DNA of 33,399 nucleotides from the NCBI GenBank assembly GCA_021811055.1, contig JAJZPU010000003.1, positions 1 to 33,399 of the forward strand. The letters run 5' to 3'. Below the pieces are notes generated by a model. The model saw nothing but the letters and a program-made list of their open reading frames with translations, was not told the origin of the DNA and searched no databases. A program made the position numbers and the translations under genes. Below, piece after piece: positions 8,339 to 18,850 of the stretch. Every line of letters starts with the position of its first letter. Position 1 is the stretch's first letter. The stretch comes from a bacterium (GTDB lineage: Bacteria; Patescibacteriota; Minisyncoccia; UBA6257; GWB1-50-10).

Positions 8339-8493
8339 CTGAAACAGGGGACGCTTTTGTGCTATTTGCCGCATCACATATTTTCGTCATCTCGAGCTGC
8401 TCTTTATATTAACTCACACAAATATTAAACGCTCGAGGTTCGTAACGAAAAACAATTGCAGCAAAAGGCATGGAAAGGAAGCCTCTGTTTTAG
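8339..8493 (+). ncRNA. Candidate rod-shaped structured RNA (family unassigned)
   Basis: Six nested helices paired by eye; G-U wobbles in the two outer helices favour the + strand (see findings). Confidence 0.5.
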
Positions 8494-8643
8494 TTTACAT
8501 ACCTGTTATCAACCATACATTTCTCTTCACTCGGGCGCTCCTGGACGCTAGCCCAAGTCATACCCTCGTTCGGAGAAATGTGTATTGAAGTTAAATTTAA
8601 TTATTTAGTTGTGGGTTGTTGGTCGTTGGTTTATTATTTACTT

Positions 8644-9627
8644 ATGGCACTAGGAAGAGGACTACAATCATTGATACCGCCGCAGGACGATGCGTCCCGC
8701 GACGAGCATGAAAATCATGAAGAAATAATAGAGGAAAAGGAACGCGTCGAGGAACATCTTCCCGTGTCCCGCTATCGGAACATACGCGAAGCGATACCGC
8801 AGCTTCGGGAAACATACGCGCCGGAACGCGAACATCCGAAACAGGAATCGATATTTCAGATTGAAGTTGAAAAAATAAAACCGAATCCGTATCAGCCACG
8901 GCGGGAATTCAACACGGAAGATTTGAAGGGACTTGCACAGTCGATAAAAGAATTCGGAGTGATCCAGCCGATCACCGTTTCAAAAGTGACGAAAGAGACC
9001 GATCTGGGCACCGATGTCGAATATCAGCTCATTGCGGGAGAGCGGCGTCTTAAGGCGGCAAAAATGGTCGGATTGGAACGGATTCCCGCGATCGTAAAAA
9101 AGATCGATGCGGGAAAGGCGAAACTCGAAATAGCGCTCATAGAGAACATTCAACGGAGTGATCTGAATGCGCTCGATTCCGCGAAGGCATACGCGCGTCT
9201 GCAGGATGAATTCGGTCTCACACAACGCGAAGTCGCGGCACGCGTGGGAAAAAGCAGGGAATCGATCGCAAACACCCTCCGGCTCCTCAACTTGCCCTCG
9301 GAGATACAGGACGCGCTTTTCAATAACACCATCAACGAATCACAGGCACGCACGCTTCTTTCCATCGGGAATTCCGAGGAACAGAAACGGGCGTTTTACA
9401 ATATTATTTCGGGAAAAACCACAATGAAGGAGTTGCGCGAAAAGAAGGAAAATCCCGCCGCTGATCCGGAAGGAAAATTTTGGGAGAAAAAGCTTGAGGA
9501 AAAATTTCAGGCTCCGGTGCAGATACTCAAAAAAGGAGGAAGGGGGAAGATCGTCATTCCGTTCTATTCCCGCGAAGAAATGCAGGCACTCGTCGACAAA
9601 ATGCTCGGCGAGGATACTCTTTCGTAA
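8644..9627 (+). CDS. parB: ParB/Spo0J partition protein
   Basis: ALGRGL.SLIP N-terminus, PNPYQPRR.F, LIAGERRLKA CTPase motif, ALIENIQR.DLN, HTH TQREVAARVGKSRESIANTLRLL; start set at ATG 8644. Confidence 0.95.
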   Translation: MALGRGLQSLIPPQDDASRDEHENHEEIIEEKERVEEHLPVSRYRNIREAIPQLRETYAPEREHPKQESIFQIEVEKIKPNPYQPRREFNTEDLKGLAQSIKEFGVIQPITVSKVTKETDLGTDVEYQLIAGERRLKAAKMVGLERIPAIVKKIDAGKAKLEIALIENIQRSDLNALDSAKAYARLQDEFGLTQREVAARVGKSRESIANTLRLLNLPSEIQDALFNNTINESQARTLLSIGNSEEQKRAFYNIISGKTTMKELREKKENPAADPEGKFWEKKLEEKFQAPVQILKKGGRGKIVIPFYSREEMQALVDKMLGEDTLS

Positions 9628-9633
9628 GACGCA

Positions 9634-11328
9634 TCAGCGGATATATTTGAAACTCACCTCGTTTGTTCCGGGGATCGATTTCACTTTCACGAGAATTTTC
9701 CGGACTTTTTCCTGCTGTACGGCGGGACAACGAACGGTGACAATGGAATACGTGAAGCGGGGATCTATCTGGCTGTTCAGGAACACGATGTTTATCTTGA
9801 GATCCGCAAACACGCTCGTGATTTCTTTGAGATATCCCGGGCGGTCGAGATTCACGATCTTGAATTCGATGTGCTGTGGTGGCAGCGCTTTTTTTATCTT
9901 CCGGTCTTTCTCTCTTGTTACGCTCCTCAGATATTTTTTCGCCATCGAGCTTTTTACGAATCGCAGCCAGTCTTCCGAAGGTTTTTTTCCTTTTTGCGTC
10001 ATGATTTCCACAAGATCGCCGGAATGTAGTTCATAATCGATGGGCACTATTTTTCCGTTCACCCGCGCTCCGACGCACTGGTTTCCGATTTCGCTGTGAA
10101 TGTGATATGCGAAATCGACGGGTGTCGCGCCCGCGGGAAGATCGATGACGTCGTTTTTCGGAGTGACCACGAAGATACGTTCTTTGAAAAAATCCACCTT
10201 CAGGGAGTCGAGAAAGTCCTTCTGATCGGCAAAACTTTTTTGCCAGTTGCGAAGCTGTTCCACCCAGAGTAGTTCTTTTTTATTTCTTACACCGCCCCAG
10301 CTGTCTTTTTTCGCTCGGGAATCTTTTATTTGTTCGTATGCCCAGTGCGCGGCGATACCAAACTCCGCCTCTTCGTGCATTTCTTTTGTTCGTATCTGTA
10401 TTTCGGTTATTTTTCCTCCGGGCGTCGATACGGTGGTGTGGAGACTTCGGTAGCCGTTCGGTTTCGGGACGGCGACATAATCTTTGAATTTTCCGGGAAG
10501 CGGCGCCCAATGCTTATGAATGGCTCCGAGCGTGGCATAGCATTCTTCAACGGTCGTCACAATGACACGAAGCGCGACAAGATCATAGATCTTTTCGAGT
10601 TCCATATCGTTCCGGAGGAGTTTCCGATACAAGCTGTAATAACGTTTTGCCCGCGAATCGACGGAGACGGGAACGATATGCACCTCTTCGAGCATCTTCC
10701 GGAGTACCGGCTTCAGTTTTTCGGCATAGACTTCCCGTTCCTCGTATTTTTCCTTCACGGTGTCCATGAGCCACCGGTATTCGTCGGGATAGAGATAGGG
10801 GAACGCGAGGTCTTCGAGTTCGCCGCTTAATTTTTGCATACCGAGCCGGTAGGCGATCGGCGCGTAGATCTCCACCGTTTCCCAGGCGATCTCCTTCTGT
10901 TTTGTCGTCGATTTGAAAGTAAGCGTTTGCATGTTGTGCAGACGATCGGCGAGCTTCACGAGAATGACGCGGAGATCCTTGCTGAACGAGAGCACGAGCT
11001 TGCGTATATTTTCCGCATCGGGATTTTCCCCGTATTTGAATTCCTTGAGTTTCGTAAGACCGTTCACGATACCCGCAACCTCTTCACCGAATTGTTTTTC
11101 TATTTCTTTCAGGGAGTGTCCGCTGTCCTCGACGACATCATGAAGGAATGCCGCGGCGATAGAGGATTCATCGAGATGCCAATCGTGCACGAGTTTTGCG
11201 ACCGCGACCGGATGGATGATATACGGTTCGCCGCTGTCCCGCGTGACATTTCTGTGGGCATCTTCCGCGAACGAATAGGCTTTTCGTACAATACTGTTCT
11301 CCGGATATGTAGAAAGCCATTGATTCAT
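9634..11328 (-). CDS. rel: RelA/SpoT homologue, bifunctional (p)ppGpp synthetase/hydrolase (HD-SYN-TGS-ACT)
   Basis: R.SGEPYIIHP, FLHDVVED, VKLADRLHNM, KFKDY...PKPNGYRSLHT, EIQIRT, GIAAHW.Y, TGS LP.GATPVDFAY.IH, ACT DRPGYL.EIT. Confidence 0.93.
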   Translation of the reverse strand: MNQWLSTYPENSIVRKAYSFAEDAHRNVTRDSGEPYIIHPVAVAKLVHDWHLDESSIAAAFLHDVVEDSGHSLKEIEKQFGEEVAGIVNGLTKLKEFKYGENPDAENIRKLVLSFSKDLRVILVKLADRLHNMQTLTFKSTTKQKEIAWETVEIYAPIAYRLGMQKLSGELEDLAFPYLYPDEYRWLMDTVKEKYEEREVYAEKLKPVLRKMLEEVHIVPVSVDSRAKRYYSLYRKLLRNDMELEKIYDLVALRVIVTTVEECYATLGAIHKHWAPLPGKFKDYVAVPKPNGYRSLHTTVSTPGGKITEIQIRTKEMHEEAEFGIAAHWAYEQIKDSRAKKDSWGGVRNKKELLWVEQLRNWQKSFADQKDFLDSLKVDFFKERIFVVTPKNDVIDLPAGATPVDFAYHIHSEIGNQCVGARVNGKIVPIDYELHSGDLVEIMTQKGKKPSEDWLRFVKSSMAKKYLRSVTREKDRKIKKALPPQHIEFKIVNLDRPGYLKEITSVFADLKINIVFLNSQIDPRFTYSIVTVRCPAVQQEKVRKILVKVKSIPGTNEVSFKYIR

Positions 11329-11352
11329 ACGTGTATATTTACTCTACCCCAG

Positions 11353-11380
11353 TTGACATAAATTTCAATTTCCATACAAT
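11353..11380 (+). promoter_or_regulatory. Sigma70-type promoter of groESL
   Basis: TTGACA (11353-11358), 16 nt, TACAAT (11375-11380). Confidence 0.7.
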
Positions 11381-11389
11381 AAAACCGTA

Positions 11390-11416
11390 TTGGCAATAAA
11401 AGGTCACCAGTGCTAA
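11390..11416 (+). promoter_or_regulatory. CIRCE element (HrcA operator)
   Basis: TTGGCAATA-N9-CAGTGCTAA versus consensus TTAGCACTC-N9-GAGTGCTAA (6/9 and 8/9), between the promoter and the groES start. Confidence 0.75.
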
Positions 11417-11425
11417 AATAACAAA

Positions 11426-13385
<1,960 letters not shown>

Positions 13386-13402
13386 AAAGAAAAGATGCTT
13401 TT

Positions 13403-13438
13403 AAAAAACCGCGCTCTTTAAGGAGCGTGGTTTTTTTT
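13403..13438 (+). terminator. Intrinsic terminator after groEL
   Basis: AAAAAACCGCGCTC-TTTAAG-GAGCGTGG followed by T8. Confidence 0.85.
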
Positions 13439-13471
13439 GAACAAAACATTCATACTGAAAAGAAACACACT

Positions 13472-15142
13472 ATGGATACGGAAAAATATAAACCCGCGTT
13501 CGCCGGCGAACATTGGACGGAACGGGACCTTCATTATCTCGAACCATTCGCTTCAAATCCGAAAGGACTCGTCTCGACACTTTCGAATCTTCCGCCGGAA
13601 CTCGTGGGCGCGCTCTCGTCCCGCGCAAGCAGAGCGCAGGGGTCGCTGCTTCGTATATTTCTTAAGGAATATATTTACCCGATCCTTGACGGAGAAGATA
13701 GGGCGCTTGCGGAAGAACTTGACGCGGTGGTGGATTTTTTCCGCGAAAAAGGATTTAAAAACATTTTGAACAATCAGCGCGCGCAGGCATTTTACGCAAA
13801 GTGGCTTTCCCAGTACGGAGACGATTCCATCGCGCAGATGACCGGCACCCATCTCGTATTCTGGGGTATTTCACAGGTCGCGATGAAAAATATGGAAGAC
13901 AGACGTATCGGTCTCGAACCGATAGAAAAATCGACGCGATACGTGAATTTCGGAGAAAAGATAGACGGAAAATATCTTTATTACACTCCCGTTCCGGATC
14001 TTCAATCTGCCGGTCTTCTTGAGGAATATACAGGAGTCATGGATGATCTTTTCGATACGTATGTGGCGTTGCTTCCGAAACTTCTCGAATGGTTGAAAAA
14101 GAATTATGACGACAAGGAATCGGTGCTCGAAAAAAAAGCATTCGACACGCTTCGCGGACTTCTTCCTATGGCGACATTGGGACAGGTCGCGTTCCGTGGA
14201 AATGCGCAGGCATTCGAATATCTCATGAACAGGACGATGCGCCATCCGCTCGGAGAATTGCGATGGATCGCGGAAGCAATGAAAAAAGAACTCGACAAGG
14301 AAATCCCGTCGCTTTTTTTGAGACTGAACGATCCGCAGAGCGAATTCTATCAGGAGGAAGTTTCAAAACGGAGCGAACGCGTACGATCAATGTCGTCAGT
14401 TTCGGAAACTCACCATATCGAACAGGGAGAAAAACCGGCGGTGCGTCTCGTGGAATACGATACACACGCCGAGGATTCCATACTGACGGGAATATTGTAT
14501 CCGGAAAATCATATGCGGTGGGATTCGGTCCTCTCCCGGGTGAAAGAAATGAAGATGAACGAAAAGAAAAATGTCATTGCGGCATATATCGGAAAGAGGA
14601 ATGCGCGGTGGCAAAAAGTGGGAAGAGCGTTCGAAAATTCGTTCATGCGGTTCGAAATAGAAATGAACATCGGCGCTTACAGAGATCTGCAACGGCATCG
14701 GATGATGACCCAGGAGAGACAGCGTTTTACGACGCATCACGGATACGATGTCCCCAAGGAACTCGTGGATGCGGGGCTTTCCCAACCGTTCGTTGCGGCA
14801 CTCGAAAAAACGAAGGCGTTGTTTGGAAAGCTTGAAGCGATACATCCCGATCTCGCCCAATATGTCGTGCCGCTCGCGTATCGCGTCCGTTTTTACCAGT
14901 GGCAGAACGTTCGCCAGTTCTTCTGGGAAACGGAGTTGCGGACGATATCGCAGGGACATCCCGACTATCGATGGATAGAACACGAAAAATACAGGCTCGC
15001 GAAAGAGGCTTTCCCGCTCATTTCCGGATTTGTGCTTGCCGATATGAATGATTATAAAGTCGCGCGGAGAGGCACCGAAGAAAAAATTGCGGCGAAGGAG
15101 AGGGATATCGTCGAAAAACTGAAGGGAAGGGGAACCGTGTAG
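13472..15142 (+). CDS. thyX: Flavin-dependent thymidylate synthase, tandem-domain form
   Basis: N-half YGDDSIAQ, EKSTRYV, AFDTLRGLLP; C-half RAFE, YRDLQRHR, QYVVPLAY, ELRT..QGHPDYR; start set at ATG 13472 (GTG 13427 lies in the terminator). Confidence 0.85.
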   Translation: MDTEKYKPAFAGEHWTERDLHYLEPFASNPKGLVSTLSNLPPELVGALSSRASRAQGSLLRIFLKEYIYPILDGEDRALAEELDAVVDFFREKGFKNILNNQRAQAFYAKWLSQYGDDSIAQMTGTHLVFWGISQVAMKNMEDRRIGLEPIEKSTRYVNFGEKIDGKYLYYTPVPDLQSAGLLEEYTGVMDDLFDTYVALLPKLLEWLKKNYDDKESVLEKKAFDTLRGLLPMATLGQVAFRGNAQAFEYLMNRTMRHPLGELRWIAEAMKKELDKEIPSLFLRLNDPQSEFYQEEVSKRSERVRSMSSVSETHHIEQGEKPAVRLVEYDTHAEDSILTGILYPENHMRWDSVLSRVKEMKMNEKKNVIAAYIGKRNARWQKVGRAFENSFMRFEIEMNIGAYRDLQRHRMMTQERQRFTTHHGYDVPKELVDAGLSQPFVAALEKTKALFGKLEAIHPDLAQYVVPLAYRVRFYQWQNVRQFFWETELRTISQGHPDYRWIEHEKYRLAKEAFPLISGFVLADMNDYKVARRGTEEKIAAKERDIVEKLKGRGTV

Positions 15143-15220
15143 CGGTGCGACCCTTTTTTATTCCGTTTTTTTCGTGTATACTTGTGTGGTAAACAAAAAA
15201 GGTCAATTATTTTTTATTGT

Positions 15221-15775
15221 ATGAATATTCTCACTATAGTGCTTGTCGTTATTGCAGTGCTTCTTGTCTGGCTCATCGCCGTGTATAACGGTTTTGTAAA
15301 GCTCATAAACAGAACAAAAGAAGCGTGGTCGGATATCGAAGTCCAGTTGAAGCGGCGGTACGACCTTATCCCGAATCTCGTCGAGACGGTGAAGGGATAC
15401 GCGAAACACGAAAATGCGGCGTTCGAAAACGTCACGAAAGCGCGCGCGCAGGCGTTGGGCGCCCAATCCGTGAAGGAAAAGGAGGTGGCAGACAACATGG
15501 TGACGTCGGCATTGAAAAGCGTGTTTGCCGTCGCGGAAGCCTATCCGCAACTTCGCGCAGTCGAAAGTTTCACGAAACTCCAGGACGAACTTTCCGATAC
15601 GGAAAACAAGATACGGGCGGCACGGAGATTTTATAACGGAAATGTCCGTGATCTGAATACGAAGATAGAAATGTTCCCATACAACGTTATCGCGGGCATC
15701 TTCAATTTCGCGAAGCGAGAGTTCTTTGAGCTCGACAATGAGGCGGCAAAAGAGCCGGTAAAAGTACAGTTTTAA
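15221..15775 (+). CDS. lemA: LemA family protein
   Basis: N-terminal TM, YN, EAWSDIEVQLKRRYDLIPNLVETVKGYAKHE, EAYPQL, ENKI.AARRFYN; start set at ATG 15221. Confidence 0.95.
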   Translation: MNILTIVLVVIAVLLVWLIAVYNGFVKLINRTKEAWSDIEVQLKRRYDLIPNLVETVKGYAKHENAAFENVTKARAQALGAQSVKEKEVADNMVTSALKSVFAVAEAYPQLRAVESFTKLQDELSDTENKIRAARRFYNGNVRDLNTKIEMFPYNVIAGIFNFAKREFFELDNEAAKEPVKVQF

Positions 15776-15782
15776 TATCGCC

Positions 15783-17789
15783 ATGAAAAACACCCTTCGC
15801 CATACGGGATCTCTCCCCGCGCACGGGGTGTTTTTTATATGCGTAGCGGTACTGTCGTTTTCCTTTTTTTTCCTACTCGTACACGCGGAAGAAAAAACAT
15901 ATTCGTATAAGGATATTTACACGACATTTGAAATACGGCGGGATGCGACGGTGCGGGTGGAAGAGCGACAGACCTATTCATTCGATAGCGGCGAATTTCA
16001 CGAGGGGTGGAGGGATATTCCCCTGAATGGCGTTGATGCCATTACGGACATAACCGTCGTGGACGGTGCGACGGGACGAGAACTTTCGTTTTCCGGATCA
16101 AAACTCGATAAGACGAGTCCGGAAAGTTGGGATAGATATACCACATATAAAGAGAACGGAAGGCAGATCATCGAATGGTATTACAATCTCGAAAACGCGG
16201 AAATTCCGATCGAAAGGACGTGGATACTTTCCTACACCCTTCATGGAGCGCTGCAATTCGGAACGGCATACAACAGACTGTATTGGAACGTTTTTTCGGG
16301 ATACTCGGTTCCGGTGAATTCCGCTTCGGTGAGTGTCGTCCTTCCGCAAAAATACGAAACAGGGGACACGCAGGGATTTTTTTACCGGTCCGCCATCGAG
16401 GGGGCGCGTGAACTTTTATTTTCTCCGGAAATCGCGAGATACACATTCACGGAACAGATGTTTTCTCCGAATGAATCTTTTACGGTTGATGTGGCGTGGA
16501 AGAAGGGTGTGCCGGCGATGAGCGCGTATCTGTTGGATTTTTTGAAGATGAAGTTCGGGTATGTGTTCTCGATCATCCTGATTCTTGCCGCTTTCGTATT
16601 CATGGGTGGGCATTTCTATACGGAAAAGAAAAAAGAGAAACGGACTATTATTCCCGAATACGAACCGCCGAAAGACATCCCGCCGCTCTTTGCCGAACTC
16701 GTATTGAAAGAGTCTGTCACGCCGAAAGGATTTTCCGCGACGATCGTCGATCTTGCGGTCAGAGGATATATAAAGATCATTCAGGATGAAAAAGGGATAT
16801 GGAATCGCTTTCTCGATGTTGTGCAGTCAAAAAAGAAAACGATCGCGATTATCGTCCTCGTATGTGGCGCATTTTTGGCGACACTCATCGCCGGTTCGAG
16901 AAGTTTGGATCTTTTCTCCCCGATGCTCCTCGGAGTATTCGAATTTGTTTTTCTCATCTTCCTCGTGGTCATTATTCCCGCGATGTTTTCGACAAAAAAG
17001 AAGTCTTATACGTTGAAACTTCTGAAAAGAACCGAACACGATACGAACGTACAGGAATTCGAGAAAAAATATCTTGAAGAATTGTTCGGTGAGGGAGATA
17101 CGTTCTCGCTCGAAGAATTGAAAAAAGATACGACGCGACAGCGCGAATTCTCAAAAAAGATACAGGATATACAGGATGATGCGCTGAAAGAAATGGACGA
17201 CGATACGAAGGCATTCGTGGGTGGCGGTATCCAGAAAAAGAAATATTTCACCATTGTGATTGTTGGGGCTCTTTTTCTCTTCGGATTTTCGTGGTCTCTC
17301 GGATCGAAGATATTTTCATCGAATATGTCGCTGCAGTCCTTCATCGCGGGAGTTTCGCTTGTATCTATTGGGCTCGTGCTCTGGGGTTTTTTGAAATTCG
17401 AAGCACGACTTTCGGAACACGGGATCGTATTAAAACAAAAACTTCTCGGATTTAAGATGTTTCTCGGAGTCACGGAGAAAGACAGAATGAAAACATTGAC
17501 GCCGGATCTCTTTGAAAAATATCTTCCGTACGCAATGATTTTTGGTGTCGAGAAAAAATGGGCGCATGCGTTCGAGGGAATGCATCTGCCGCCGCCCGAG
17601 TGGGTCATGATGCCGTATGCGGTCGGTGCAGTGGACGGCGCGGTCGCGAACGCATTTTCTCCCTCCGCGTTCAGCACGAGTTTCTCTTCCGCGTTCACGA
17701 GTGCCGTTTCAAGCGCGGGTGCTTCGGGGGCTGCGGGCGGAGGAAGCGCGGGAGGGGGCGGAGGCGGTGGCGGAGGAGGCGCCAGCTAG
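15783..17789 (+). CDS. DUF2207 (YciQ-like) membrane protein
   Basis: Signal-like N-terminus, LYWNV, PEYEPP, ATIVDLAVRGYI, GFKMFL, FEKYLPYA.IFGVEKKWA, Gly-rich C-terminus. Confidence 0.85.
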   Translation: MKNTLRHTGSLPAHGVFFICVAVLSFSFFFLLVHAEEKTYSYKDIYTTFEIRRDATVRVEERQTYSFDSGEFHEGWRDIPLNGVDAITDITVVDGATGRELSFSGSKLDKTSPESWDRYTTYKENGRQIIEWYYNLENAEIPIERTWILSYTLHGALQFGTAYNRLYWNVFSGYSVPVNSASVSVVLPQKYETGDTQGFFYRSAIEGARELLFSPEIARYTFTEQMFSPNESFTVDVAWKKGVPAMSAYLLDFLKMKFGYVFSIILILAAFVFMGGHFYTEKKKEKRTIIPEYEPPKDIPPLFAELVLKESVTPKGFSATIVDLAVRGYIKIIQDEKGIWNRFLDVVQSKKKTIAIIVLVCGAFLATLIAGSRSLDLFSPMLLGVFEFVFLIFLVVIIPAMFSTKKKSYTLKLLKRTEHDTNVQEFEKKYLEELFGEGDTFSLEELKKDTTRQREFSKKIQDIQDDALKEMDDDTKAFVGGGIQKKKYFTIVIVGALFLFGFSWSLGSKIFSSNMSLQSFIAGVSLVSIGLVLWGFLKFEARLSEHGIVLKQKLLGFKMFLGVTEKDRMKTLTPDLFEKYLPYAMIFGVEKKWAHAFEGMHLPPPEWVMMPYAVGAVDGAVANAFSPSAFSTSFSSAFTSAVSSAGASGAAGGGSAGGGGGGGGGGAS

Positions 17790-17870
17790 TATAAAGCACA
17801 AAGTAGTAAGTATTAAGACTTGATACAAAATGTGCGATACTGAATACTAAATACCATATACTAAATACTA
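17787..17870. repeat. Head-to-head heptamer tandem repeats
   Basis: TAGTATA AAGCACA AAGTAGT AAGTATT (17787-17814) and GATACTG AATACTA AATACCA TATACTA AATACTA (17836-17870). Confidence 0.8.
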
Positions 17871-17873
17871 ATA

Positions 17874-18779
17874 ATGGCAACGATATATACGCATCAAAGT
17901 TCGAACACGCGGAAAACCTGGTTTCTTTTCAGCGTCTTTTTTGTTGTTGTGATCGGATTAGGGTGGTTTTTTTCGCGGGTATACGGGAATGTGAACATCC
18001 TGGTTTTTGCGGTGATCTTCTCTTCAGTGATGAGTTTCGTAAGTTACTGGTATTCCGATACGATCGTGCTCCGGATGGCGAAAGCGGTGCCTGTCGATAA
18101 AAATAAGGAACCGGTACTCTGGAATATCGTCGAGAATCTTTCGATCACAGCGGGGCTTCCGATGCCGAAAGTGTACATTATGTACGAAAATGCTCCGAAC
18201 GCGTTCGCGACAGGGCGGAATCCGGAACATGGTGTTGTGGCGGTGACAACGGGTCTCCTTGAGCGGCTGAACAAGAACGAACTCGAAGGTGTCATCGCGC
18301 ACGAGCTGTCGCATATCGGCAACAAGGATACTTTTATCGCGACCGCCGTCGTCATTCTTGTCGGATTTATTTCCCTCATCTCCGATTTCTTTTTGAGAAG
18401 CACGTTTTTCGGAGGACGTGACCGCGAGGAGGGTGGAGGACAAGTACAAACGGTGCTTATGCTCGTGGGAATCGTCCTCGCGATACTTGCACCGATTGCG
18501 GCGACGCTTATGCAACTCGCGATCTCGCGAAAACGGGAATTTCTCGCCGACGCATCGGGAGCGCTTCTTACGCGATATCCGGAGGGACTGGCAAGCGCGC
18601 TTCTGAAAATTTCCGGAGATCCGACAAAACTTCGGACGGCGAACAACACCACCTCGCATCTCTGGTTCGATGATCCGCTCGACAAGCCGGGAGAACGCAC
18701 CTCATGGCTTCATAGACTCTTCATGACACATCCTCCCATAGAAGAACGCGTGAGTGCTCTGAAGGAAATGGCACGATGA
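17874..18779 (+). CDS. htpX: Zinc metalloprotease HtpX (M48)
   Basis: PNAFATGRNP, HELSH zinc motif, SRKREFLADA, THPP. Confidence 0.95.
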   Translation: MATIYTHQSSNTRKTWFLFSVFFVVVIGLGWFFSRVYGNVNILVFAVIFSSVMSFVSYWYSDTIVLRMAKAVPVDKNKEPVLWNIVENLSITAGLPMPKVYIMYENAPNAFATGRNPEHGVVAVTTGLLERLNKNELEGVIAHELSHIGNKDTFIATAVVILVGFISLISDFFLRSTFFGGRDREEGGGQVQTVLMLVGIVLAILAPIAATLMQLAISRKREFLADASGALLTRYPEGLASALLKISGDPTKLRTANNTTSHLWFDDPLDKPGERTSWLHRLFMTHPPIEERVSALKEMAR

Positions 18780-18850
18780 AGGGAGAACGCATGTGAAAGA
18801 AACGGGAAGGAATCATCGTATTATAGTGTAACAGTACGCATACTTACTAT

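Noticed and set aside
8168-8515. Palindromes TTGTGCACAA and CGTGTACACG and a TTATCAACC as parS sites or DnaA boxes
   Set aside because: Poor match to parS (TGTTTCACGTGAAACA) and no cluster of TTATCCACA boxes; oriC not supported
17710-17786. G-rich low-complexity tract
   Set aside because: Encodes the Gly-rich C-terminus normal for DUF2207 proteins
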